Source of the DNA: Podarcis erhardii
Lineage: Eukaryota
Reading direction: 5' to 3' (one strand)
DNA length: 64,000 nucleotides
NCBI GenBank assembly: GCA_964252035.1
Contig: OZ176203.1
Part shown: positions 1-16,987 of the stretch, piece after piece
Layout: each line of letters opens with the position of its first letter
Position numbering within the stretch: position 1 is the first letter of the stretch
Program-made: the position numbers and the translations under genes
The notes under the pieces: model-generated
The model's input: only the letters and a program-made list of their open reading frames with translations
Told to the model about the DNA's origin: nothing
Database searches by the model: none

Positions 1-165
1 TAGAAAATGATGGTATAGCACTATTTTAACCAAAATGAAAAAATACTAACACTTCCTTTCTCTCCCACAAATAATTTTAGTTTGCATTTGCTTGATGTAG
101 AATTATGATCCTAAATTAGAATGGTCCATGCACCCATGTAGCATTGTAAAAACCGTCAATGATGA

Positions 166-237
166 GTTGTAAGAGGGGAAGCCCAGCCAGATGGGTGGGG
201 TATAAATATCAAATTTATTATTATTATTGTTATTATT
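166..237 (+). mobile_element. LINE/SINE 3' tail fragment (L2-clade type)
   Basis: CCCAGCCAGATGGGTGGGGTATAAAT followed by (TTA)n; same family as 48692-48749. Confidence 0.55.
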
Positions 238-1095
238 GCCAATGCAAGTCCTCCTCGGAGTAGGCCCACTGAAATTTATAGGCATAAGTTAGTCATGCTC
301 ATTGATTTCAATGGATTTACTCTGAGTAGGATCCTACTGCATTACAGGATGTCCTTGTGCAGGTTTCTAGTAGTGGGATATGTTAGTTGAATCTGTCTCA
401 TACTTTATGCATTTTGACATTGATTGACATGACAATTGACCTGGCATGTTTCTGTTAGAGAAAAAATAAAAACAAACAGAAATTATTGTATAACTTCTGC
501 ATACAAAGAACCTGGGTGGCTGCCTTATCCTGAGTCAAAACATTGATCCATCAAGCTCAGCACAGTCTCAAATTACTTGCAGAAGCTCTTCTGACATCAA
601 CCCCAAACATTCTTGCTCTCTCGGGCATTTGGAAAGAACCAGTGAGACTTCAAAAAAAATTTTTTTTGCAGGGTTTTAGACTGTTCTGTGCTTCTTTAAA
701 ATATACTTTTAATTGTTGGTTTAACTGGCGTGTATTTTTGCAACTGCTGTTATTTTTATGATATTCTGGAAACTACCCAGGGATTACTGTGATTATTTAT
801 TTAGATATGCATACACCACACTTTTATTAAGCCTGCGAACAACATAGATTATTGCAGGATTTATAAAACATCAGTAAGAAAATAACAATAAAAAGTGCTG
901 GATGATCTACACATCTAGATAATAGAATACATGGTACCAAGGATCTTTATGCAAAGACCTCTCATTTTCCACTGGAAGCTGAAATGGAGGGGTTACTGGG
1001 GCCTTTCTTTTGGAAAGTTCCTCCTTGTTCAAGGAAGCTACTGACAGGACAGGCAGGGGGCAAGAAGAGAAATCTGTTGAAATGTTACAGATAGG

Positions 1096-1307
1096 TAGCC
1101 GTGTTGGTCTGCCATAGTCAAAACAAAACAAATTCCTTCCAGTAGCACCTTAAAGACCAACTAAGTCAGTTCTTGGTATGAGCTTTCGTGTGCTCATACC
1201 AAGAAGAAGAAGAAGTGTGTATCTGAAGAAGTGTGCATGCACACGAAAGCTCATACCAAGAACTGACTTAGTTGGTCTTTAAGGTGCTACTGGAAGGAAT
1301 TTGTTTT
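1096..1307. mobile_element. Penelope-like element remnant (inverted terminal segments)
   Basis: Perfect 69-bp inverted repeat (1125-1193 / 1239-1307) enclosing a hammerhead core. The CTGAAGAAG..CGAAAGCTCA..TTAGTTGGTCTTTAAGGTGCTACTGG motif matches my recollection of squamate PLE termini. Confidence 0.7.
1219..1256 (+). ncRNA. Minimal type-I hammerhead ribozyme motif (PLE-associated)
   Basis: GTAT-CTGAAGA-A-GTGTGC-AT-GCACAC-GAAA-GC-TC-ATAC: stem I GUAU/AUAC, core CUGANGA...GAAA, palindromic stem II, A-U closing of palindromic AGCU stem III, CUC cleavage triplet (cut after 1252). Confidence 0.7.
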
Positions 1308-2409
1308 TTCTGTTGAAATGGTATGTGGCAGAGCTGGCCCAGCCGTAGGGCTGGATGACACGACTGCTTCAGGCAGCGGAAGCCTCCATGGGTGCCCCAC
1401 CATTGGCACTGATTGTGGTCCAGTAGCAGATGCAGCAGCGGCAGGAGTAGGTAGATGGTGGCGGCAGAGCAAAGCAGCCCCTTCCGTTTTGCCAACAAGC
1501 TGCCCTGGTATGTGATATTGTTCCTTTCTTGGCAAACCTTCATAAAAGAACTCCTGACAGCCACTGCCAGGAGGCTGTTATGTACATGCTGGATAGATCA
1601 TTCCTGGAAGGGACACAAGGCATACAATTGGCCTCTGTATTGTTGGTGCATGTTGTTCTCCTCTGAATTGCCTTCAATCAACTGCAGAGATGCGAAGAAC
1701 TGCAAGCTCTCAGGAGAGATCAAATGCCATTTGATAAGTTGCAAGGGCTTTGGCGACATCTTGACGCCAGGTGATAAATTTGTATGTTACTAGAACTGCA
1801 AGCTCCTTGGCCCTAGCTTTGCAAGTTCTCCCTTCCTCCTCTTCTCATGATGGCAATTCAGCCATGGCATATGTAATATTAACAGGGCTGCTGCCATGGT
1901 AGACCTATCAGAAGCACAAATCTGCTCCGAACAGGGTCCGAGCTCATTTCCAAGGCCACACCTACACAGCAGCAGAGCCAAGCCCTCGTGTTTCTTTCCC
2001 TGAGCTGCCTTGCTGTTCTCTTATCTCATTTCATTTCACTGGCCTGCGTGTTTGTGTGAGTGAACACCACTGGAAATACTGTGAGTCTCTTGTTTGTAAA
2101 AAATAAAATAAAAAATAAATGTTGTTGTTACTACAATTATACCATTTTTGTTTGATGACTGGGAGATTGAGAATTCAAGTTATTTTTTAAAAATGCTAAT
2201 CTGTCAATTCTACAACAACTAACCCTCATTAACAGCTGATGGAAGTCACAGGGTGATTATGCTGAGAGGAAAGGAGAGACGTGCCGGGACGTATATTTCT
2301 TTTTGACCAGTAATGGATGGTGTGAGCCTGGAAACTTGGTAATACACGTGCACAGTAGGAAGTTGGTTTAAAGGTTGATGCTTTGAAACAAGAATGTCAT
2401 ATAAAAATA

Positions 2410-2790
2410 CCGTATTGGCCTGAATATAAGCCTCACTTTTTTCCCCAAATTCCGACCGTGAAAAGTTACAGTGCGGCTTATATTTGCGACCTTACAAAAA
2501 TTGGCTCGGAGCAGGCTTGTCCCCGGATGTTGCCTGGTTTCGGCTGGGCCGGCTCCCAAGATGGCAGCACGGCAAGGGGGTCCCTGAAAGGGAGCCAGAA
2601 GGCGGCGAGGAGGAGGAAGGGAGGGATGAGAGAGCAAGGTCTGCTAAGAGGAGGAACAGGAGATGCAGCCATCTGCTGCGACTGGCGCTAGCCCACCAAG
2701 GTGCCTGGCTTTAGCATGTGAGTCCCAACAGCTGCTGCCTCTCTCCGCCCGTACCACCTGAGAAGGGGTGTGTGCTCGTATTTATAGCTT
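2410..2790. mobile_element. Truncated pogo/Tc2-like element (left end only)
   Basis: TA|CCGTATTGGCCTGAATATAAGCC with subterminal GGCTTATATT and a GC-rich interior; no matching right TIR found; right boundary approximate. Confidence 0.5.
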
Positions 2791-3111
2791 GATTGGACCT
2801 AGGGACATTTATTGTGTACGTGTACAAACTGCCGTTGGGCAGATGGATTGCAGAACTCGATGGTGGTGATTGTAAGATGTACAAATGATGGTGACCAAAT
2901 CACAAACTCTATCATTAGGTGTGATATAGCCCACCAAAAATCTGCCAGAGAGCCCAGCTTCCCATGTTTTTGGTGAAACCTAGACTGGAGTTGTTCTAGG
3001 GAACTGGAACACGTAAGACACTGAGGCTGGATTGAGACACATCAAAGAAGCATTTCATAAACGCGTTCTAAACTTTGTATGATAAATTGGGTTGGCAAAA
3101 ACAGAACTCCA

Positions 3112-3130
3112 CAGCGCCACCTGGTGTCAC
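3112..3130 (-). promoter_or_regulatory. Candidate CTCF motif
   Basis: Minus strand GTGACACCAGGTGGCGCTG vs consensus core CCASYAGRKGGCRS (one core mismatch). Confidence 0.4.
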
Positions 3131-4122
3131 AGTGTTAGAAAGGATAAACAACCCATATAAAGCGCTTTTCCTTTGCCAATGTAGCTGAGTCCTGATTCCC
3201 GCCCCGCCCCCCCGCCTTAGCAATACAATAATAATTATTTGTTGCTGTTAAATCAACTTTCGTATTTTTTTTTCTTTTTCCCCCTTGGCATTTTGGTAAA
3301 AAAAAGTAATTCCATGTATCACATAGCTGACTAAGAGTTTAGGCTGAAGTTATTACGGTAAATACAAACAAATTCCATGTTGGGGAGGCAAGCACACTCT
3401 TGTACATGCTCATGCTATTCATTCATTTCTGAGGCTCATGATTCTTAATTGTGTCTCCTCCTATACAACTTAAAATACTTAGGTTGTGTCGCATTTTGAT
3501 TGGGCACAATATTGGCAGCACATTTTCCTTCTCAGTAATCCAACTGGCAAGAGCCTTGTCTTATACCTTTTTAAAAAAACAAAACCAGCCCATCAGAATA
3601 TGGCTCATTGTATGATACTGAGTACACAACTCTGGCACACTTTTAATCAAAGAGGTAGCCAGCTAGCCATGGCTTACACCAGAAATAAGACAACAATCCA
3701 GCAGCAGTTTAAAGCTGGCAAGTGTGACAATACGCTTTTGTGGGTTACTAAGAATGATGCATCTAGTGAAGTGGAGTCTAGCCCAAGACAGTTCATGCCA
3801 CTGTATTTTTAAGAGACTAGTACTGTTTTGTTATAATGTTCAAGCAGCACTATGATCTGCTTGACAATGTCATCGTGAGGATAAGAAGATTGTAAAACAC
3901 ATTGTTTAACTTAAAATGCTGTTACAAAAAGTAGAATGGTTCAGATAATGCTTCAGAGCCTACATGCAGGCAAGCCTGTCCTAGCACACAGCCACATATT
4001 GGATTGCCAAAGGCCAACATGTAAAGTCCAATGTCTGTAAACATGACTATCCTAGTTATGGCCCAGATTCTGTTCATCTTTTGTTCTTTAGGCTGCTGTG
4101 AGCACATGTCAGGACACTAATA

Positions 4123-4344
4123 CAGTCGTACCTTGTTTTGCGGCTGGGATCCGTTCCGGAGCCCCGGCTGCTAGCTGAAAAGGACGCAGGGCAAAGTGCC
4201 GCGTCTGTGCCCGGAGCGGTTTGCACTTCTGCATGTGCACAAGCAACAAATCCGGAAGTAACCCATTCCGGTATTTCCGGGTTTACCGTGGACGTTCGCC
4301 AGAATGGACGCTAGACAAGGCGGACGATCATGGAGGTATTACTG
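4123..4344. mobile_element. Tc1/mariner MITE (diverged TIRs)
   Basis: TA|CAGTCGTACCTTG...GGAGGTATTACTG|TA; CpG-rich interior. Confidence 0.65.
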
Positions 4345-5164
4345 TACCCATTAAAAATCTCCACTCCTGCAAATGGTGGTCTAAGAACAAGGCACACACA
4401 CCCCCCCACGACACACAGGTAAGCATGGAAGGGGAGACCATGCCTCAAAGTATGGCACCTGCACTTACTCCAACTCCCCCAAGGAAAGAAAAACGTGGAA
4501 AGCACTCAAGGCCACAGAGTATCTCCCACCAGAATAGGGACAAAATGTGGATTGGCTTAACATCACTACCTTATCTGCGAGGCCGCAGGAGTATTCCTTG
4601 TACAAGGGGATATAGGGTAAATCTGTACTGTGTAAAAACAGAGGCCCTGGTGGCCGCTATAACCCCATTGCAAACAAACTTCCACTACATCCCAGGGAAA
4701 GCAACGAGGAGCACAATAGCAGACTCGTCTTTGGGTATTGCCGCTGCTGGCCAAACAGTCACGACGCTCATGCGTGTAGGATATGAAGCAGGGCATATGG
4801 AACAGAACAAACTGAAACTACAGAGCAACTCCCTACTGTAGAAAAGATGAGTAACATTGCAAATGGCTACTTTGTGTTCTACAACTGGTGCAGCTGGAAT
4901 GGAGACCCTGGGAGCTTTTCATTGGGAGAGGAAGGACAAAGATGAGATATGCGGACTGTAAGAATCCCTAGGTGATATGACACTCTTCCCCATATTCACT
5001 CACGTAACAGCGCCACCTGCCCGCAATGAGCATCTAGTCATCACTGTTCTCGTGTTTCTCTTGTCGCTCCACAAGTATCCAGGCAGCTGTTCTCTACCTT
5101 TTTCCCTGCCAAGGACTCAAGGCAGCTTACAGATAAAAATGGTGGCCCTGCAAAAACAAATTAG

Positions 5165-5645
5165 ACATGAGCTTGCAATATCTCCAAATCTGGGAGAGTT
5201 GTGTACTGCTATTAACCAAATGAAAAACAAAAAAGTCAGTGGACCTGATGGGATACCTGCCAAAGTCTTCAAAGTGGGCAGAATTGAATTTACTACACAC
5301 AAGCTCATCGGAAAAATCTGGGAGAAGAGATCCTAGCAGACTTTAGGGATGCCAAAATTATCAATATTTTTTTTTAAAAAGGTGATAGAATGTATTGCGG
5401 AAATATTGAGGCATCTCTTTATTAGCTGCAGCCAGCAAAATTCTTGAAGGATCTTAGCAAACCTTCTCCTAACTATATCTGAGGACACCCTTCCTGAATC
5501 CTGGTTTCCGACCTTCTTGGGGGGGGGGGCAGTGGGTATTATTTTCACTGCTCGACAGCATCAAGAAAAATGCAGAGAGCAAACCCAACTCCTGTATATG
5601 GTGTTTATTGACCTAAGGCCTTTGACACTGTAAATCATAACGGAA
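5165..5645 (+). mobile_element. RTE-clade LINE fragment (degenerate reverse transcriptase N-terminus)
   Basis: Translates to ELCTAINQMKNKKVSGPDGIPAKVFK...KIWE, then frameshifted segments resembling FRDAKI, ARQHQEKCREQ and LYMVFIDL.KAFDTVN. Confidence 0.75.
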
Positions 5646-5914
5646 TGTCCTCTCCTTGAAAATGTTCTCAAGAGATGCCCTCTTCTTGAAAAAACACACA
5701 AGACTGCAGAGGGGTGGTGGAACCAAAAGGGCCCTCTCTTGACACCCAAGAGGATCTGTAGAACTGGAAGCATCTTTCAGATATTTGGGGCCTATGTTGT
5801 TTAGGGTTTATAACAAAATGACATGTTAAAGTTGCATGCCTTGGCAGACTTGCCAAAACAAAAATGTCTGTTGCAGGTGCTGAAAACAACATGGTGATGG
5901 CACTTGCCTAATAT

Positions 5915-6345
5915 TAATTGGCAGGGCGTTTCAGAGTGTAGGTGCAGAATGGTCATTATGTGGCACTTGTAGAAGTGCCAGCTCCACAGATCGAAGCCGT
6001 CAAATGGGCGTAGATGGGGTAAGGCGATCCTTCAAGCAAACTGGTCCCAAGCTGTTGAAGGCTTTATATACTAATAATAACACCTTGAATTTGACCTAGT
6101 AACAAACCAGCAGCCAGTACAGATCTCTGAGCAGAGGTGTAATATGCTGACAGGGTCTCACTCCTGTTACCAGTCGTGCAGCATTCTGCACTAACTGCAG
6201 TTTCCAGACCAAGCACAAGGGAAGCCTTACACAGAGTTCATTGGCAAAATCCAATCTTTAACGGTGCCTGGACTACTACTGTACTGTGGTCAAGTCCAGG
6301 AAGGGCTGTAGCTGTTGTACCAGCCAAACTGACAAAAGACGTTTC
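5915..6345 (-). mobile_element. L2 LINE 3' fragment
   Basis: Minus-strand translation KLQLVQNAARLVTGVRPCQHITPLLRDLYWL...FKVLLLVYKAFNSLGP, the L2 ORF2 C-terminal signature. Confidence 0.8.
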
Positions 6346-8037
6346 TAGTTCTTACATTCAGACATTACTGAAATATTAATTGTCACTGCAGAATTGCTTC
6401 AAGTATCTGTCATATCATGAGAAACCATCAACCTGCCTGTATAAGGCCCACTGTTAGTATCACATCCATAATTTGTAGTTGCACCAATTTTTCCAAAGCC
6501 TTTGGTTAATGGATTAGTTACCTTTTTTACCCATGCCCTTAGAATAATTGGTTTTCCTGGCGGTTGGCATTTTTATTCTTTTCTCCCTTCAGTTCCACAG
6601 CTCCAATGCGGCTTAATCTGTAGCCACAGAGTGATGGACTCTGTGTAAGCTCTCAATGTGGTATTATTGTCAGCTGTGCCTCCAGTGACAAAAGCTGGTT
6701 CCCAAAGTATCTCCAGACTGTGTGCTTGCTCCTTCAAGGGGAGTACAACCGTCTCCAGGGCAGGCAACTGGCTAATTTCTCAGACACAGGTGTTACATAT
6801 GTAAAAGACAATCAGAAACTGGAGGTGTGCAGTTGCTGTGTACACACTCCCATTTACTCTGCATCCCATGTGTTCCTGTTGCTTGTTTGGGAAGTGGTGT
6901 ACACACACACCAGCTTCAATCCAAATAAAGAAACAGAACAACCTAGTTGCATTTTAAGCATTTTAATGTGCCTTGCATCCAAACAAAGATTGAATTGGAT
7001 ATTAGTTTAGATGCTGCTTTTAAAAAGGCAACAATATCTGAAATGGTTCATATAGTTTCCATTGGATCTAAAAAAGAATTCAGTACATATCAGAAGTCTG
7101 TCACCTGCCAATGCAATTCATCCAATAAAAAGGTACAGTATTATTAGAATGAAGCACAAAGACTCCTTTGTAAATGAATGGCAGTTTTATTATGCACACA
7201 GCTAAAAACAAAAGTAGAGAGGTCCCCTCACACTTTAAAACTTTTTGGTTAACCTAAACTGTTCATCACCATCTGTACAAAGAGTAGATGTATGTACTGT
7301 ATTGCCTAAACACCAGCTTCTGGGCTAGGGTGGGATATTTCATTATTTATCTGCAAACTGTTGTTGTATGCCGAAATGATTTAATAAAAATAAAGAACAC
7401 TATAAAAAGGTATTATTTGAAGAATTTGGATATTGCCTGTCCTAGGCATCAACAGACAGTATTTCTCCAAAATTGGAAACTAACAAGGGATGTTGTAGAC
7501 CTTGGGTCTGAATTGAAAGGTGTCAGCAGAGCGGCTTCTTAGTTTAAAAATGGGGTTCTTTACCTATGTTTCAGGGGATCTGTACCCAAAAAATACCAGT
7601 ACTTTTTTCTCCCAATGCTGTAAATAAAATTTGTATGCATATTTTGTGTTTAGTTTTTGTGTATATATGTGTTTGTGTATATTTTTTCTAGGGAGGGGGG
7701 TCCATAGCTTTCATCAAGTTCTCAGAAGAGCCCATGGCCCAAACATGGTTAAGAGCCACTGGTTTAAAAGAAACATGACAGCATTACCTAATCTCAGCAA
7801 GCAAGGATATTTTAGTTTGCCTGAATGAAAGCCTCCCAATTCTCTAATGGCCTAACCCCGACTCGTTTTTCAGGATGGCTCCGATTGCCTTCCCACAGCC
7901 TCCTGCCAAGCAGGAAATCAGCAAAAGAGAAGCTTTTCTCGCCCATTGTATCTGCGCTGACAGCTTCACCTGCCGAATCGCTGCTTGTCGTGACGCAGCT
8001 TTTAAATGCCAACACAGCCCCGGCGGGCGGGGAGGGG

Positions 8038-8040
<3 letters not shown>

Positions 8041-8084
<44 letters not shown>
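8041..8084. repeat. (GA)22 microsatellite
   Basis: Direct count. Confidence 0.97.
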
Positions 8085-8089
<5 letters not shown>

Positions 8090-8399
8090 CTGACAAGAGC
8101 ACAAGCTCCATTGCCGCTGAAAGGAAGGCGGCGCGCGTTACATAACCTGGTGTGGCCGTGCAAAGGGAGCAGCAGTGCAGCTGGAATCAAGCAGGCGTTT
8201 TATCCTCTGCAGGGACAGCGCAGATTCGAAAGGGAGGGCGACAAATTTCAGGGGCAATCTTACTAAGCCAACTTGCTAAGGAAGGAGCCCAGTGGATTAT
8301 TATTATTATTTTTAAAGACAATTTTCAAGTCAATTACAAAACAGCAGGAACCGCCTATGAATAATAACATACCAGAAAGTGGGGTGGGGGCATTAAGTC

Positions 8400-9075
8400 C
8401 CATTTAACTTATTGCGATTTTCTTCGGGGTAAATATACACGGGGGATGTTTCGCCGGCAGCCCGCGATTTCCAGGGCGCGGGCGGCAGCAGCGGCTCTCC
8501 AACGCCTTTCCCACGAACTCTCGTCATGGGGGACAGAAAGGAGAAGCGGGAGCGGCAGGCGCTTCGCTGCCATTTTGCGCATCCTTGCGATTTTTTTATG
8601 GCAGGGGAGACGGAGAAGCCGCGTCCGGCATTGAACCGAACGGGGAGGCTCGGAGCGCGTCACGTGCCCCACAGACTTTTCAAGTACCCGGATGCCGGAA
8701 CTACATTACCCGTCAGGCCCCTGACGCCTCTACGCCTGCCGCTCGCCGTCCAGGCCGGAAGGACTTGGTGGCGCCGTGACCTCCGGAGCTTCCTCCTTTC
8801 CGAGCCAAGCCCCGGCTGAGGTAAGACACGAAACAGGCCTCGGGAGCGTATCCGTGTCCATCGGGGCCGCGGCGGCACCCCGCCGACCATCTATGGCCGG
8901 CATCGGCCTCCGCTTCCCCTGGCCGGTTTCGCGGGCGGGGAACATTTCGCGCATCTCTTCGTGCGGCTCCCATGAACGATTCGCTTCCCGCTGCCGGGCG
9001 AGCCTGGATTTTCCTTTGGCTGCCGAGGCCACGAGTAGCGGAGAATGGGCTCCGACGGGAGACCGAGCTCGAGGG
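8400..9075 (+). promoter_or_regulatory. CpG-island promoter of RPL8 with YY1, E-box, ZNF143-type and ETS motifs
   Basis: Dense CpG in an otherwise CpG-poor window. GCCATTTTG (YY1) 8569-8577; GTCACGTG (E-box) 8659-8666; ACTACATTACCC (ACTACA/ZNF143-type) 8700-8711; CCGGAAG (ETS) 8755-8761; TOP tract at 8789. Boundaries approximate. Confidence 0.8.
8789..8820 (+). other. RPL8: RPL8 non-coding exon 1 (5' UTR starting with a TOP tract)
   Basis: CTTCCTCCTTTCC pyrimidine tract at 8789-8801, then GAG|GTAAGA donor at 8820/8821, inside the CpG island. Exact TSS is inferred. Confidence 0.85.
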
Positions 9076-9730
9076 GAACAGGACAAGGGGGATATTTTTG
9101 TGCTCGTGATTTTGTGTTTTAAAAAACGTCTGTAACGGCAGCCATTCTCCAGGGCGATCCCTCAGAACAGAATAACATTGTTAGAGGATTCTTAAGATAT
9201 ATGAAACTCCTGCTGTGGCAAATATTTTTCTTCTACGTACTCCGTTTTATCAAAGGCCCTGTTGCATTTTTTAAAATAAGCTAACTTTCAGATTGCAAGT
9301 CTTTATGCTTTAGGTCCATATACCAAGAATAACTTTTTGGTGCAGAAAGCAGTATGAGTTGCAAACATTTTCATAGAAAAACTTTCAAAATAATATAAAA
9401 ACATTGGGGTATATGTTTGTGTGTGTTTAACCTATACTGTGCTATGTGAGACCATGACTATAGAGGAGAAAGTAAGTTCCCATACAAAAAAGCTGCACTC
9501 TCAAACTTTGGCATTTGAGAGGGCTTTGAGAAACCATAAATAGTGCATTAGATTGATAGGAACACTGTGTGTGAGATCCAGAAATACAGTTAAAATACTT
9601 GTGATATAGAAAACAAGCACGCTAGATACTGAAAGTGTTTTAAACTGAAAGATGGGTGGGATAGAGACCCATACTAAATAATCTTTCTACACTAGAGACA
9701 GCTGCATTTTCTAAATAAGCATGCTAATAA

Positions 9731-14660
<4,930 letters not shown>

Positions 14661-14679
14661 ATATTCAGTTCAATATATT

Positions 14680-14693
14680 AATAAAGAAATAAA
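14680..14693 (+). terminator. RPL8: RPL8 polyadenylation signals (tandem AATAAA)
   Basis: AATAAA at 14680-14685 and 14688-14693, about 20 nt after the stop, followed by T/GT-rich sequence. Confidence 0.85.
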
Positions 14694-16799
14694 TGCCACC
14701 TTTTGTTCAAAACTGGTACAATGTGTGTGAGAGGCATTTTCTTTTTAGTTTTAACAGTTTGTCTAAACATTTTTATACATTTGTAAATGGTCCTGAAATT
14801 TTAATCACCTTATAAAGGAACTGTTTTAGATTGTGTATGAAGTTGTCTAGATAGATCGAGTATCTGGTAGACCAGTTTGAGAACAGGAAGCAGGACTTTG
14901 GGCCTTTCGTCTGATCCAGCAGGTCTCTTGTGCTCTTTCATCAAGCTTCAGGAAGGCAAGATCTCAAACTTGGTTCTTAGTACATAATGCAAAATTCTTA
15001 CACTTTGCTATATTGCAAAGACATATCAAATGGGAGTAGAAAGAGAGTGATATGCTTAGATTAATGGCAAAATAGAATCCTTTAAACAGTTCCATAATGC
15101 TGAACAAAATGTTAGGTATGTTTAAGGCACTTACAATGTTCTGCTTGTGTAATAGGACCTTCCTCTCCCCTTTGCTCCCTGGCACACTAAATTTCTCCAG
15201 AGGGTTGGGGGTACACACAAGTGAAAGAAATCCTGTTGCATGAGCAGAACGGTTTGCAGTGTTGGATACAAAAGCCCAGTTTTGTCTTAAAGAAGCCTGT
15301 TTAATAAGGACCAAACTATGCAGCTGCACCCAAGGGTCTTTTGACAAACTTGGGAGGAGGGTACATCTCCCTCCAAAAGCCGTTTGACATGGTCAGCTGT
15401 TCAAGGAAAGAGGGATAGTCCAAGCAGCCCATATCCAAATAGTGGAGAGATGTTTTGATGGTACATCAGTTTCCCTAGAATGTCATTTTGGGCTGCTTGG
15501 AACATGGCTCAAATGACTGCATCCAGAGTTAAGGATACTGCTTATACAATATATTTTCCAGCTTCCCCTCCCTTTTTTCTTGTGACAGCTCTCACAGCAG
15601 CAGCACAACGAGAAAGATTGCTACAGCAGGTGGAAGTAGAAGTTCCTGCTTTCCATTTAATGAAAAGACTGAAGTGAACTCCTGTTCTGTAGTCTGCTTT
15701 GCCCCATACCATGTAAATAGCATAAGGATTTATCGGTGCCCTAAGTACATTGTGCAAATATAGAGAAAACAAGTTTCAATGTTTAGTAGATGGAATAGTT
15801 TTCAGAGGACCACGGATAGAAAAAGCAACGCTGTGAGAGCATACATTTTCTAGACACTTAACAGACTTCTTGCTTTGCATGATGTTATCACAAGCATGCT
15901 GCATTTTGCTGATAAACGAGGTGGAGGGGAAGGCTGCTTTCACAAAAGGAAATTGAAGCATGTAAGAAATATACACAAGTGCTGCTAAATGGCAAACAGA
16001 AATTGGAAATTTTTGAAGCTGGGCTAATGATATGTACTCTTAATGATGTCACAGGCAGCAGAGTTTTCTCATTTCCAAGAACTATATAGCTTAACAAACC
16101 TTTAGAATACACATGGTAGAGAGCACACTATCTGAAAATAACAGGCAGCTGCCTTACGTATGTGTGGAGCAAATCTGTGTGAGCACAAATTGCTTTAAAG
16201 AGCAACCCTGTAAGTCTCAGAAGCTACCCGGGGGGGGGGGGGAGCTGTGGTCTGCTGGCCTATAATTTACACATCCTTTACCACTGGATCTGTTTGTTGG
16301 GGTTGAATAAAGTTGTAAGTCCACAGCAACCCTTTAGAAAAACAGTGATGTAACTCTTAGTGAAGAACAATCTCTTGAAAGGAATCATTGAGCTAAGAAT
16401 GAGGATTGCTTAATTAGAAGTAAACTAGCAATGCAGAAAAAGTCAACACGTTGACTATATAGTTTGAAAGCTGCTACTAGGTGCAGCTAGACACTAATCC
16501 TATCAGTTACTTGTGATTTTAGTATTGTCCAATATTCAATATACACAATACATGTATGCAAATAAAAAGGAATTAAAATATTTTTGGGGATGTCCTGCTG
16601 ACAGCCTGAAAGCTGTAGAACTCTCAAAATGTTAGTCTTGGCCAGACTTATAACCCATGAAACAATTATAAACTCTTAACTCTATGAAAAGGTAAGTAGC
16701 ATGCAGCAATAGATTACAGATTAACAATACTGGTACAACCTAGAAGAATATCATGATTTTCACCATATGTAGGGACACTTGAGACAGCCTACAGGTGTA

Positions 16800-16987
16800 C
16801 AGTGGTACCTCGGGTTAAGAACTTCTTTTGTTCCGGAGGTCTGTTCTTAATCTGAGGTACCACTTTAGCTAATGGGGCCTCCCGCTGCTGCCGCCACTGC
16901 ATGATTTCTGTTCTCATCCTGAAGCAAAGTTCTTAACTCGAGGTACTATTTCTGGGTTAGCAGAGTCTGTAACCCGAGATACCACTG
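16800..16987. mobile_element. Tc1/mariner MITE, family A (shorter copy)
   Basis: TA|CAGTGGTACCTCGGGTTA...TAACCCGAGATACCACTG|TA; homologous to 13437-13662. Confidence 0.88.

Noticed and set aside
1310-1990. GC-richer intergenic stretch with several short ORFs; considered as an exon or transposase remnant
   Set aside because: No frame gave a recognisable protein or consistent splice sites. Left unannotated; tBLASTx/Dfam needed.
4221-4841. 206-aa ORF as a novel gene
   Set aside because: It starts at TTG inside a MITE and runs into sequence next to LINE fragments; no recognisable domain or splice framework.
7825-8266. ERERER / LSLSLS ORFs
   Set aside because: These are translations of the (GA)22 microsatellite.
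8409-9135. Multiple 60-120 aa ORFs on both strands over the RPL8 promoter
   Set aside because: Expected from stop-codon scarcity in a GC-rich CpG island; no recognisable domain and no spliced continuation found.
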